20,000 bases of DNA from an uncultured virus (IMG/VR IMGVR_UViG_3300009838_000020) (Duplodnaviria > Heunggongvirae > Uroviricota > Caudoviricetes): IMG/VR virus record IMGVR_UViG_3300009838_000020; one strand, 5' to 3'. A program made the translations under genes and the position numbers. Positions 7,694 through 16,670 of the stretch are shown piece by piece. Position 1 is the stretch's first letter. Every line of letters begins with the position of its first letter. A model generated the notes under the pieces. That model saw only the letters and a list, made by a program, of their open reading frames with translations. It was not told the origin of the DNA and did no database searches.

Positions 7694-8987
7694 ATTTTAA
7701 CAAGCTATCAAAAACTAATTTGAATCTATTGTTGACCGTATCCCACGTTGTTTTTCTTATTTTTTCATAAGCCCTTTCGATAATTGCTTCTACTGATTTC
7801 ATGGTTTCTTCTCCTTCCTGCCCTAGACCATAAACAACCTCGTATAATTTAGTTACTTCCGAAGGATTAATTACAAATCGTATCTTTTCGGCATCATTAA
7901 CAAATACCATAGGCTGTGAAAACATAAAGGAAAAGCAGTTCTTTCCATCGTCTGTAATTTCAGTTAGTGCGGTGTGTTTTGGGCAAACAACTAGTGTTTT
8001 TGTTGCCATAGCTTCTGTGACGCTTAACCCCCATCCCTCTGCTGTTGTTGTTGTTATAAAGCAATTAAAAGAGTTGTAGATTTCGTTCATTTGCTCTTCC
8101 GAAACCCCTTTGTTTTCGGAGTATTTTTCTGGAAAAAAAACATCTTCACCAACTTTTAAATTTAGCTTTCCTGCTAAATTCAGTAGGTTCACGCCCATCG
8201 GGTCTAAAGGATTGGTGTGTAAGTACAATACTGCTTTGTTTTGGTTGTTATGCTTAAACTGAGCAAAGCCTAGTAATAATGAAGAAAGGTCTTTTCTTGC
8301 AGTATTACGATTAACAGTTCCAAAAACAAAATCGGCATTTGGAAACATTTTTTTCTGAATTTCTCTTCTCTTTTCAATATCCAAAGGCTTAAATATTTCC
8401 GTATCCGTACCGTGCGGAATCACTGTTATTTTTTTAAAAACTTGGTTGGAAACCATGTGTTGACACAAGCTTTTTGCATACTCAGTATAAAGCACTATTT
8501 TATCAAAAAACTCAAAACCAGCTAGGTCGTTTTGTGAAGGCTGGCTGTCTATTGGTGCGTATAAAACCGACTTGAACATTTTTCTTTTTTCCTGCTTTTT
8601 GTTTGTTTTTACAATATCCATGTGTGGTTTTAGAGTTGTAAAAAATTCTGGGTCGTTGATACAGAAAAGCAAATCCCAGTCTATACTGTAAAGCATTTTT
8701 AAAAACTCTATTCTGGCAAACGGGTCTTTTCTGTTTTCTGAGGTAAATAAGCACGGGAAAACCATTACATTTTCTGCGTCTTGGTGTTGGCTTGGAGCAA
8801 AATCGTTTATTGCCAAAACGGTTATTTTGTAGTTTTTGTTTTTTGCCAGATTATCTACAATTTTTTTTGCAACTACGCCAAATCCAGTGGTGCAGTTGTA
8901 GTCTGCGTAAACTAATATTCTTTTAACCCCTGTAGCTTTTCTTGCTTTCTTTTCGTTGAATTTTTGTAATTGAATTGTTTTTGTCAT
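7692..8987 (-). CDS. Glycosyltransferase family 4 (GT-B fold)
   Basis: N-terminal TGFGVVA, IPHGTD..F.P, NRNTARKD and the EX7E motif EGWGLSVTEAMA. ATG 8987 after an A-rich leader is more plausible than the ORF-track start at 9026. Confidence 0.9.
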   Translation of the reverse strand: MTKTIQLQKFNEKKARKATGVKRILVYADYNCTTGFGVVAKKIVDNLAKNKNYKITVLAINDFAPSQHQDAENVMVFPCLFTSENRKDPFARIEFLKMLYSIDWDLLFCINDPEFFTTLKPHMDIVKTNKKQEKRKMFKSVLYAPIDSQPSQNDLAGFEFFDKIVLYTEYAKSLCQHMVSNQVFKKITVIPHGTDTEIFKPLDIEKRREIQKKMFPNADFVFGTVNRNTARKDLSSLLLGFAQFKHNNQNKAVLYLHTNPLDPMGVNLLNLAGKLNLKVGEDVFFPEKYSENKGVSEEQMNEIYNSFNCFITTTTAEGWGLSVTEAMATKTLVVCPKHTALTEITDDGKNCFSFMFSQPMVFVNDAEKIRFVINPSEVTKLYEVVYGLGQEGEETMKSVEAIIERAYEKIRKTTWDTVNNRFKLVFDSLLK

Positions 8988-8998
8988 TTGTTGTTTTT

Positions 8999-9703
8999 TT
9001 AATGGTTTTCTAAATCGTGCACACATGTGACTTTTTTTATAACATAGCTAGTAAGATTGTTACTAAGCATTCTTTCTCGGCATCTATTCCACATATCTCC
9101 ATCTGACGGAAAAAGCATTCTTTGTTCTGCCCAAACATTTCTGTACCGCAAGTCTAATTGCTTGTAGTCTATATAAACACTGCTGTGTATTAATTGTGCG
9201 TAAGCTGGCATTCTTGACTCTATTGTTCCATCTGGAGGCAACTGCGGAAACACTGGATTGTTTATAAACCTACTAAGTGTAAATAAAAAAGCTGGCTTCT
9301 TTGCAAATGCGTGGATTGCTTTGTTTATTTCTTCTAAGTGGTTTGGCATCCAATAATCGTCGTGGTCGAGGTGGCATAAATCATAAATACCTTCTGCTAC
9401 CGCTTTGTTTATTGCATAATTAACTGCGTTTGTTCCGCCAGTGTTCCATAATATTATTTTTTCATCTGGAGCTGTATAAACATCTCTCTCTAAGGCAAAG
9501 TTCAAATTAACCAACACTAGTTTGTCTGCTGGAATTATTTTAGAAATTTCAATCAGCTCCTCTGGGTCATCATATCGGTCTCCAATTAAAAAAAGCTTGT
9601 AGTTCTGAAACGTTTGATTAACTATAGATTCTAATGCTCTTTTTAGAAATTTAGGTGTGCTACCGTCCGCTCTTCGGTATGTAGCCATTGTTATACCTAT
9701 CAT
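8999..9703 (-). CDS. Glycosyltransferase family 2 (GT-A fold)
   Basis: ITMATYRR...LKRALESIVNQTFQNYKLFLIGD and DxD motif LDHDDYW.PNHLE. Confidence 0.88.
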   Translation of the reverse strand: MIGITMATYRRADGSTPKFLKRALESIVNQTFQNYKLFLIGDRYDDPEELIEISKIIPADKLVLVNLNFALERDVYTAPDEKIILWNTGGTNAVNYAINKAVAEGIYDLCHLDHDDYWMPNHLEEINKAIHAFAKKPAFLFTLSRFINNPVFPQLPPDGTIESRMPAYAQLIHSSVYIDYKQLDLRYRNVWAEQRMLFPSDGDMWNRCRERMLSNNLTSYVIKKVTCVHDLENH

Positions 9704-10308
9704 AGTTTTTTTACTATAAATTCGTTATTAAATTCCAAATGTGGCAACGCTCCTAAAGTGTTTGGTAAGCTTCCAATTACCTCCCATTCTGTAGGTTTTA
9801 GCATTACAGAAAGTGCGTCAACCGCTTTTTTTACCTCTGGAGAATGCACAGAGTCTTGATAGTCGTCAAAAACAATATAGCCTCCTTTTTTTACAAAAGG
9901 CACATAGTTTAAAAAGTCTCTAATAACCGCATCGTGGCTGTGGTCTCCGTCAATAAAAAGCAAATCAATCTCATTATAAAGTGCTTTTATTATGTCAAGT
10001 ATTTCATCGTCCTTGCTGTCACCTTTTAAATACACGTACTTGTTTTCTCCTGCAAACTTGTTTACTATTATTCTGCAAATAGTTGGTGAAATTGGCTCGC
10101 CTAAGTCTATAGATACAACTGTTGTGTTTGGTCTTTGTATCATTAAGCTTGCACTAGCTCCAGAATAAGCCCCTATTTCTAGGTAGTTAATGTGCCCTTT
10201 AAACTGGTCTGCAATATCCGCTAAAACATGGTGGTGTTCGTGAAATGTTTTTGCTTGTTTGGCTATTTCCCTAACGGCATCTAGTGATTTTTGTGTTGGT
10301 TGTATCAT
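9700..10308 (-). CDS. Class I SAM-dependent methyltransferase (Methyltransf_24-like, probably sugar O-methyltransferase)
   Basis: YLEIGAYSGAS, VSID, GDS, IDLLFIDGDHSHDAV..D, VKKGGYIVFDD. Confidence 0.88.
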   Translation of the reverse strand: MIQPTQKSLDAVREIAKQAKTFHEHHHVLADIADQFKGHINYLEIGAYSGASASLMIQRPNTTVVSIDLGEPISPTICRIIVNKFAGENKYVYLKGDSKDDEILDIIKALYNEIDLLFIDGDHSHDAVIRDFLNYVPFVKKGGYIVFDDYQDSVHSPEVKKAVDALSVMLKPTEWEVIGSLPNTLGALPHLEFNNEFIVKKL

Positions 10309-10889
10309 TATATTAGCTTTGCTGGTGTTCCTATGTAAGTTCCTGTTTTTGTTATGCTTTTAACCACTCCTGCGTTCATTCCTATTGTGCAATTTTTGCA
10401 TATTTGTAGCTTTTCACGAACGATAGCACCTGTTCCTAAATAAACAAAGTCGTGTATCGTGACATTACCACTAACATTAACCGCTGGAGCTGTGGTAGAA
10501 TAGTCCATTATCTCACTGTCGTGACCAACAGTTGTGTTTAAATTTAAGTGTACGTGATTTCCAATTTTAATGTTTGTTGTCAAAACACAACCAGCCATAA
10601 TTGCACATCCGTCACCAATTTCTATGGTTGCAATATCCAAAACATGTGCTCTTTTTGAAATATGTGTCCAATAGATTGTTTCTGCTGGTAGTTGTTTTTG
10701 TAGCATTAGTTTTGATTTTGGGTCTCCGACCGCAATTAATGCTAGGTGCTTGTCTGGGTCAAAATCTTCCAGCAATTCACAGTCGTCGTTCCAGTATTTT
10801 TTACTTACAAAGCACTTTAGTTTTTTGCCGTAATCTGCAATGATTTCTCTGGCAAAACCTCCGTTTCCAATTAACACTTTTTCTTTCAT
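10308..10889 (-). CDS. Sugar acetyltransferase, PglD/NeuD/PerB family (hexapeptide repeats)
   Basis: IGNGGFAREI, LIAVGDP, hexapeptide repeats with the catalytic His in TVGHD, C-terminal YIGTPAK. Confidence 0.9.
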   Translation of the reverse strand: MKEKVLIGNGGFAREIIADYGKKLKCFVSKKYWNDDCELLEDFDPDKHLALIAVGDPKSKLMLQKQLPAETIYWTHISKRAHVLDIATIEIGDGCAIMAGCVLTTNIKIGNHVHLNLNTTVGHDSEIMDYSTTAPAVNVSGNVTIHDFVYLGTGAIVREKLQICKNCTIGMNAGVVKSITKTGTYIGTPAKLI

Positions 10890-10919
10890 ATTGTTGGTTA
10901 TTAAGTTTCTTGTACCGCA

Positions 10920-11558
10920 CTACTTATTGAATATTTTGAATTTTGAAAGGTCTGGATAAGACAATTCCACATCTGGATTGCTCCTTTTTGTGCCGTCTTG
11001 ATTATAAAACTGTTTTATCAGTTGTAGCCCTCTTATAGCAAGCTCTGGCATCATATAAAAATTCCATCCTATTACTGGGTTGTCATCAAAATTGTCGTCG
11101 TGGTAAGAGCACTCTGAGCGACCGCTAAATCTTGCTTTTTTTAGCCACAAATAAGCTTTTTCGTCGTCAAGCAAAATAGCTCCTCCTTTTGATAATTTTA
11201 AATGCTTGTATGCTCCAGTAAACGATATGCACATAAATTGGTTTGGCACATACATATCTGCTGTAAATCTTAAAGCTGAGTCCCAAATTGGTAGCGGGCT
11301 TAATTGATAAGCTCCTTTCAATGTTAACCCAGTTGTTTCTTTCCATTTTACCTTTGCTCCAGCGTGTATGATTTCACAAGGTACGCTTGGATAAGTTCTT
11401 TTTGGTATTTCTATTTCTCTTCCTTCGGCTTGCAAATACTTCAAGCATAAAAAGAGTGCGTTGCTTTGATTGTCAACGCAAACAACATACGGTGCTCCCG
11501 TATATTTACTAATTTCTTTTTCAAATTGTTCGGTAACTACATGTATGTCTTGTGCCAT
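10920..11558 (-). CDS. Short DegT/DnrJ/EryC1/StrS-family PLP-dependent aminotransferase
   Basis: FEKEISKYTGAPYVVCVDNQSNALFLCL, IPKRTYPSV...IIHAGA, WDSA (for EDAA), SF...K (PLP lysine) followed by GGAILLDD, GWNFYM. Only 212 aa. Confidence 0.82.
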   Translation of the reverse strand: MAQDIHVVTEQFEKEISKYTGAPYVVCVDNQSNALFLCLKYLQAEGREIEIPKRTYPSVPCEIIHAGAKVKWKETTGLTLKGAYQLSPLPIWDSALRFTADMYVPNQFMCISFTGAYKHLKLSKGGAILLDDEKAYLWLKKARFSGRSECSYHDDNFDDNPVIGWNFYMMPELAIRGLQLIKQFYNQDGTKRSNPDVELSYPDLSKFKIFNK

Positions 11559-12301
11559 TATGCCCCTAGTATTTTATATCCTTTTACATTTATTAAACAC
11601 CCGAAAACCCTTTCTAATTCGTGGGCAACCGTGCCGTCTCCATCGTATCCGTTTGGAAACCTATCAATAACTTTATCGTAAATGTTGTTTTCCAAAAACC
11701 AATCGATTATTATTTTAAAGTTAACAAGAAACATTGTTCCTGCGACAAAATTATACTCGTCAAATCTAATTGTTTCATTAAAATAATTTTGCTCATATCC
11801 AATAATTTTTTGTTTTAAAATCCAATTTTTGCTACCAACCATCTTTACCTCTGACAAACCAGCTACTTGGTTGTGATAATGCTCTAAAAGCCCGTTATTG
11901 AAAAGCAAGGCATTTACTAGGTCTTTTCTCCATCTTTCTCCCAAACCTTTTTCGTGTGCAAGGCTTTTTTTTGAGTGTATTTTTAGAATTGTCTTGTATC
12001 TATAACCATAATCAACTATTGTCTGCAAAACACTAACAAAAGGTGCAACATCCATTCCTTTGTTTTCCACTAAATAAACCCCTGCATGTGGCAACTCCGT
12101 TATTATTCTTTCAATTGATTCAACAGGTTCAATTTCAGATACAGTTATGAAAATATCATGGCTTACGGTGATGTTTTTTAAATAGGGTAAATACCAATCT
12201 AGCAAGTCTAAATAATACAAGTGTAAAATCACAAGCATTGGTTTTTCGTAGGTAGTGTTCTGCAACCAAATATCGTGGTCTTTGTTGAAAGGTATTATCA
12301 T
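11558..12301 (-). CDS. Rhamnan synthesis F (RgpF)-like protein
   Basis: LHLYYLDL, VENKGMDVAPF, KIHSKKS...GERWR..L, FVAGTMF, DGTVAHELERVF. Confidence 0.82.
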   Translation of the reverse strand: MIIPFNKDHDIWLQNTTYEKPMLVILHLYYLDLLDWYLPYLKNITVSHDIFITVSEIEPVESIERIITELPHAGVYLVENKGMDVAPFVSVLQTIVDYGYRYKTILKIHSKKSLAHEKGLGERWRKDLVNALLFNNGLLEHYHNQVAGLSEVKMVGSKNWILKQKIIGYEQNYFNETIRFDEYNFVAGTMFLVNFKIIIDWFLENNIYDKVIDRFPNGYDGDGTVAHELERVFGCLINVKGYKILGA

Positions 12302-12302
12302 T

Positions 12303-12935
12303 TTACAAGTTAAAAGGTTTTCTATAGCTTTCGTTACTAGGTAGTCCTCCCCATTTTCTAATATAGTAGGCTCTGTTGTTCATAAAATTATTATTTATAG
12401 ACGGCTCTTTTGCAATTGTCATGCTGTTTCTATAAACTAAAGGATTTAATTTTGGCGTGAAATGCATGTTGCTTTTTTCTAAAAGCATTCTGTAATAGTA
12501 ATCATTATCTTCAAAGTACGCTGGAAAAAAGTTTTCGTCAAAGTTTCCAATTTTGTTCCAAGTGGCAACTGGCAAAATAAAAACGCACCAGTTTTGTAGC
12601 CCACAAAAAAAGTCGGCATTTGGAGTGTTTTTTATAAACGCTTGGATTTCTTGCTCAGTCATCCCTAAATAAATGTCATCATTGAGCATAAGGACATGTG
12701 TATATTTTGCTCTTTGAGCATAATCCATTAGCATGTTCCAGCTTGCGGAAACACCTAGATTTTTGTGTGGTATGTATCGGAAAAACTTTTTTTCTCTAGT
12801 TAGTATTTCTTGTTTTCCATTGTCGCAGATTACTATTTCTGTGTTTTGAAAATCTTCAAAATATTTCTCTAACGCTTGATTTAATAAGTCGGCTCTGTTT
12901 ATTGTTGGTATTGCAACCATTAATTTTATACTCAT
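12303..12935 (-). CDS. Glycosyltransferase family 2
   Basis: VAIPTINRADLL, ICDNG, NLGVSASWN, LMLNDDI, IGNFDENFFPAYFEDNDYYYR, YYIRKWG. Confidence 0.9.
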   Translation of the reverse strand: MSIKLMVAIPTINRADLLNQALEKYFEDFQNTEIVICDNGKQEILTREKKFFRYIPHKNLGVSASWNMLMDYAQRAKYTHVLMLNDDIYLGMTEQEIQAFIKNTPNADFFCGLQNWCVFILPVATWNKIGNFDENFFPAYFEDNDYYYRMLLEKSNMHFTPKLNPLVYRNSMTIAKEPSINNNFMNNRAYYIRKWGGLPSNESYRKPFNL

Positions 12936-13234
12936 AGCAATTCGCCTGTTGTTAAGTCCACCATTGATAGGTCTGTCTTTTTGTTTGTAATAACAAGTTT
13001 GTCAATAACAATGCTGGTGTAATACTTTTCGTTGTATTTTTTAGAAAATATGTGAGCGGTTATTTTTACACCGTCACCAGCAATAACATTTAGTTGATGT
13101 ATGATTCTTTTTTGCTCTTCAAAAGCAAGGAAACAAATAGTCACATAGCTACCTTTTTCTTTTTTCCTAAGAATAAGGTTGCTCATGTTTTCATTCAAAT
13201 GAATAATTTTTACGACTGTTCCTTTAATCACCAT
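12932..13234 (-). CDS. OB-fold ssDNA-binding-like protein (DUF3127-like)
   Basis: Likely start is ATG 13234 (TAATG overlap with the upstream stop), giving 100 aa. MVIKGTVVKI...TICFLAF...GDGVKITAHIFSKKYNEKYYTSI follows the Bacteroidota SSB-like strand pattern. Confidence 0.6.
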   Translation of the reverse strand: MVIKGTVVKIIHLNENMSNLILRKKEKGSYVTICFLAFEEQKRIIHQLNVIAGDGVKITAHIFSKKYNEKYYTSIVIDKLVITNKKTDLSMVDLTTGELL

Positions 13235-14082
13235 TACTTCAATATTTTTTCTATTGTAACTTTGTCGAGTTCCTGTTGTAAATTTATAGAATTCAACCAA
13301 TTATTTACAATTAATCTTTTTGCTGTTATAGATATTTTTTTCGGGTCTATTTCCGACTCTGGAGCTTTTTTTGTTTCTGATAATCCAGACAATAGCTTGC
13401 CCATGTATGTTGCGAGGTATTCTTTTTTTGTTTCAACTTTGACGTGTTCTGTAGCCTCTTCTAGCTTTTTGTCCCAGTCTTCCTGTGTAATAATTATTAT
13501 TTTATTGTTGGTAATGTACTCAAACAGCCTATGTCCTAAGTCAAGATATGTTTCACCGCTGTCGGAGAAGGCTTTTGCTAGAGTAAGAAACTCTTTAAAT
13601 GTTTGAACTCTTTGCTGTTCGTCTATTTCTTTTTTTGTGCTTTGTTCGTGTTTTGCCATCGCTTGTCTGGCATTAACTATGCTCTTTGCTCTGTAGCTTT
13701 TGTAGCCGTTTAGCACTCTAGTTATAAAGTAAATGCTGAGTCTTCCATACGGCTTTTCTTCAATTTCAAGTTCATTCTTTAAGTAGCTTGCCACGCTCAG
13801 TTCCAAGTCTTGTATTGTGAAATTAGGATACAGATTTGATATTGTTTCGGTCATTTCTTGCAGTTCTTGTGGGTCTGGTTTAGCTAGTCCTAAAAGTTTT
13901 GCCCAAGAATCAATTGAGGTTTGAAAACGAACAAAAGTGTTTACATCTTCTATTTCGCTTAGTTTTTGGTGTTTTGTTGAACTGATATAGATTTGTATTT
14001 CGTTACTTGTTAGCTCTGGTGCTAATTTTTGTAACTCAATCGCCAGCTTCTTTTCGTCGTTTATTACGGATAATGTTTTCAT
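13234..14082 (-). CDS. Hypothetical helical protein, possible helicase-loader/replication accessory
   Basis: 282-aa ORF directly downstream of the initiator-like gene; function inferred from position only. Confidence 0.55.
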   Translation of the reverse strand: MKTLSVINDEKKLAIELQKLAPELTSNEIQIYISSTKHQKLSEIEDVNTFVRFQTSIDSWAKLLGLAKPDPQELQEMTETISNLYPNFTIQDLELSVASYLKNELEIEEKPYGRLSIYFITRVLNGYKSYRAKSIVNARQAMAKHEQSTKKEIDEQQRVQTFKEFLTLAKAFSDSGETYLDLGHRLFEYITNNKIIIITQEDWDKKLEEATEHVKVETKKEYLATYMGKLLSGLSETKKAPESEIDPKKISITAKRLIVNNWLNSINLQQELDKVTIEKILK

Positions 14083-14839
14083 ATATAAGTCTTTGCCTTT
14101 CTTGCTCTTCTTGTTCTTTTTTTACAATAGTAACCTTTTCGATGTCGGTTCTGGTTAATATTGGCGTATTAAGGTATTTTTCAAACTTGCCAGAAAATAA
14201 TGTGTCTGGTGTTAGAAATTGATGTTGTTCTGTACCAAACCAATGGTTGTACTTGTTATCAATTACTCTTATAAAATCACTTAAAACATAGCCCTCTTTT
14301 AGCCTTTCGTTTATTAAATCTTTCGTCAATTTTGCGTGAGGTTTGTATCTTGTTTTAAGCTTTTTATTAAGATAAAATATGATTTGCTCATGTATTGTTG
14401 GTTCTATAGGTTCGGTTCTTAGGTCTGGAACAAAAGCTTCAATTTGTATTGGTGTGATTGAAGCTTTTGTTTTTTCCATTCCTAACTGTGCCTCTGGTTT
14501 TGAGCGTTTGCTCGTTTTTGGATTTGGCTTTACCTTTTTTTCAGTCTTCTTTTTTGGTGTTTTTTTTACCTCTATTTCAAAATTACTTTTTATTGTTTTT
14601 TTTGTCGTTTTGTCAATAAAAAACAATCCGTGATTATTTCTAAGAATGCTGAAACTGGTGTTTTCTTCTAATATTTTTTTTCCAAAATCCAAAATTTTAT
14701 TTCGTTCATATCTGCTCAAACCGCTACTTCTTATCTGCACATATCCATTGTTGTCAATATTGTTAATTATGTCGTACCACGTTTTGTAGTATTTTGGATA
14801 TTTATGTTTTAGATAATTTAGAAAATATACCAGCTCCAT
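14036..14839 (-). CDS. Phage replication initiator-like protein with Phg_2220_C (conserved phage C-terminal) domain
   Basis: IIFYLNKKLKTRYK...LINERLKEGYVLSDFIRVIDNKYNHW...FLTPDTLFSGKFEKYLN, preceded by a Lys-rich linker. Confidence 0.85.
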   Translation of the reverse strand: MELVYFLNYLKHKYPKYYKTWYDIINNIDNNGYVQIRSSGLSRYERNKILDFGKKILEENTSFSILRNNHGLFFIDKTTKKTIKSNFEIEVKKTPKKKTEKKVKPNPKTSKRSKPEAQLGMEKTKASITPIQIEAFVPDLRTEPIEPTIHEQIIFYLNKKLKTRYKPHAKLTKDLINERLKEGYVLSDFIRVIDNKYNHWFGTEQHQFLTPDTLFSGKFEKYLNTPILTRTDIEKVTIVKKEQEEQERQRLIYENIIRNKRRKEAGD

Positions 14840-14847
14840 ATTGATAG

Positions 14848-15069
14848 TTAATCAATAATGTCGTCGATTGGCACTTCAAGTGCATTGGCTATCAATATAG
14901 CTGTTCTGATATTGTAATTTTTTCTCTTACCGCTGGCAATTTCGCTAATTATGTAACGAGTAAGTGTTTCTCCGTTATTTACTTTCGGAATCAGGTCGCA
15001 CAATTCTACTTGCGACATCTTACGCTCTTTTAATAGTGCGTGCAATTTGGTAACTTCTACTGTTGGCAT
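14848..15069 (-). CDS. XRE/Cro-family HTH transcriptional regulator
   Basis: LHALLKERKMSQVELCD...ISEIASGKRKN...TAILIANALEVPIDDI. Confidence 0.85.
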   Translation of the reverse strand: MPTVEVTKLHALLKERKMSQVELCDLIPKVNNGETLTRYIISEIASGKRKNYNIRTAILIANALEVPIDDIID

Positions 15070-15428
15070 GTTTGTTCGTTTTTAGTTTTATCGTCGTTTA
15101 TTAGTATGTATTTTGCAAAATTATTCACGTTGCCATACCTGTCTTTAAATGCTACATCTATTGTATCTATTTGATACCCTTTTTTTCTTAAATTAAAAAT
15201 GATAGCAGACAATCTGGTAGCTCCGTAAAGGGTAATTGCTTCCCAGCTTGTAATTGTTTTTTTTTTAAACAAGTGTTTTTTCACTAAGTTTGTTTTAGAG
15301 GTTTTTCGAGAAACTCTAACGGAGTTTGGGTCTTTGGTTTTTACTGCTGACTCATATTTTTTTACCTGTGGTTGTTGCTTTTTTTCTGGTTTTTTGTCAA
15401 ACAAAAAGCTAATTATTTTTTTTAGCAT
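15057..15428 (-). CDS. Winged-helix protein (HTH_39-like)
   Basis: KHLFKKKTITSWEAITLYGATRLSAIIFNLRKKGYQIDT...RYG...FAKY. Confidence 0.75.
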   Translation of the reverse strand: MLKKIISFLFDKKPEKKQQPQVKKYESAVKTKDPNSVRVSRKTSKTNLVKKHLFKKKTITSWEAITLYGATRLSAIIFNLRKKGYQIDTIDVAFKDRYGNVNNFAKYILINDDKTKNEQTCQQ

Positions 15429-15435
15429 GGTCTTA

Positions 15436-15660
15436 TTATTTACTTTTTTTTACACTGAGTTCTACTAGGTAATAAAAACAACTTAAAGGAAAAGCACTGA
15501 CAAAAACAGCTCTTGTTACATCATAATGATTTGGCATTGCGTATTGATTGTACAAAACAACTTCAACTGTTGTGATTGTGCCAATAATTAAAACCGACAA
15601 CAACAACCCTATAAGGTAGTATTTTATCAGTGTAATTATTATGTTTACTATTGGTTTCAT
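15436..15660 (-). CDS. Small membrane protein (two predicted TM segments)
   Basis: 74 aa with two long hydrophobic stretches and a basic C-terminus. Confidence 0.65.
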   Translation of the reverse strand: MKPIVNIIITLIKYYLIGLLLSVLIIGTITTVEVVLYNQYAMPNHYDVTRAVFVSAFPLSCFYYLVELSVKKSK

Positions 15661-15671
15661 ATAATTAACGG

Positions 15672-15702
15672 TAAAGGTAAGTAATTGTTTTTTTAATACA
15701 AA
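15672..15702 (-). promoter_or_regulatory. Putative Bacteroidota promoter for the replication/glycan operon
   Basis: Minus strand TTTG-N19-TACCTTTA (one mismatch to TAnnTTTG), 11 nt upstream of ATG 15660. Confidence 0.5.
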
Positions 15703-15712
15703 GTATTTTTTT

Positions 15713-16120
15713 TTATCTTTCGGTTGCTTTTAAAACATATCTTAAATAAGTCATAAGTGGCGGTGCTAATGCGTAGTTTGTTGCTATTCTTACAGCTTCT
15801 CTTAAAGCCACTCTTTGTGCCATTGCACGTTCGTATGGTTCAAGACCCGTTCTATATCTTGGATTTGTTTCTTCTTCTTCTGGATATTCACAGACTATTT
15901 CGGCATCTGTTACCTCAATGTCGTTTTCTGGAGCTTGTGCTCTAGCTTGTTCTCTGGCTTGTTTTTTTAGTAAGCCTTTTAGCAATTCGTAATCTTCTTG
16001 GGTGGTTTCTAAATCAAAAGTAATTAGACTTTTTAATTTACTGGTGTAGTAGCCTAAATAAGGCTGTAGTTCGTTGTGTCTCTCGACATAAATCTGTTCT
16101 GGGTTTTTTAAATCTTGCAT
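15713..16120 (-). CDS. Hypothetical protein
   Basis: ATG 16120 follows an A-rich leader and is preferred over GTG 16150; no recognisable motif. Confidence 0.65.
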   Translation of the reverse strand: MQDLKNPEQIYVERHNELQPYLGYYTSKLKSLITFDLETTQEDYELLKGLLKKQAREQARAQAPENDIEVTDAEIVCEYPEEEETNPRYRTGLEPYERAMAQRVALREAVRIATNYALAPPLMTYLRYVLKATER

Positions 16121-16133
16121 TTTTGTTTTTGTT

Positions 16134-16469
16134 TTAATTGTTATATCCACGTGATTTCACTTCTTCTTTTGAAGGAAACACCGCATCGTGATAGTTTTTA
16201 AATCCGTTGAATTCATATACCTGCCCGTCTTGATTGTTTAACACAAGCTTGAATAGCGATATGTTTTTTTTAAAAACCTCCAGTGCTTCTTCTTTCAGTG
16301 TTTTGCCAGTTACATAAAGCATTTTGCCTGTTGCACAGACCCTTTTCTCAATGTATATGATTTCGTAAATTTGCCTGCTTTGGCTTTTATCTGTTTTTAA
16401 CCATTCGTTATACTTTATTACAGCAAAAGGTTTTTTTTGGTTAATAAATTTTTCAATCATTGTTGTCAT
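16134..16469 (-). CDS. Hypothetical protein
   Basis: 111-aa ORF co-oriented and tightly packed with its neighbours. Confidence 0.65.
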   Translation of the reverse strand: MTTMIEKFINQKKPFAVIKYNEWLKTDKSQSRQIYEIIYIEKRVCATGKMLYVTGKTLKEEALEVFKKNISLFKLVLNNQDGQVYEFNGFKNYHDAVFPSKEEVKSRGYNN

Positions 16470-16670
16470 TTTGTTGCTTTTTTTTGATTAATTCCAAAAC
16501 TATTTTTTCAGTGTCTTTGTCTAGTCCTGTCGGCATTTGACCTGTATTAATAAAAACATTAACCGAATGCTCTATTTTTTTCTATTAGCTGTGCGTGTAA
16601 TTAGTACTTTTTTTATTTTTTCCAATTCCTGATAAGCTTCGGTTGCCGTTATTTGCTCAATTGTAATCAT
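16453..16670 (-). pseudogene. Small gene interrupted by a -1 frameshift at an A7 run (pseudogene, programmed slip or sequencing error)
   Basis: ATG 16670 overlaps the upstream TGA (ATGA). The frame reads 32 codons to AGA AAA AAA TAG. One extra A gives a continuous 72-aa ORF that ends at TGA 16453, overlapping the next gene start. Confidence 0.55.

Noticed and set aside
7692..12935. Cellular O-antigen/capsule locus
   Set aside because: No wzx/wzy/wzm/wzt, initiating transferase or NDP-sugar dehydratase, and the cluster is embedded among phage-type genes.
13094..13606. 170-aa plus-strand ORF and the other short plus-strand or nested ORFs in the track
   Set aside because: All overlap better-supported minus-strand genes, mostly have non-ATG starts, and show no motifs.
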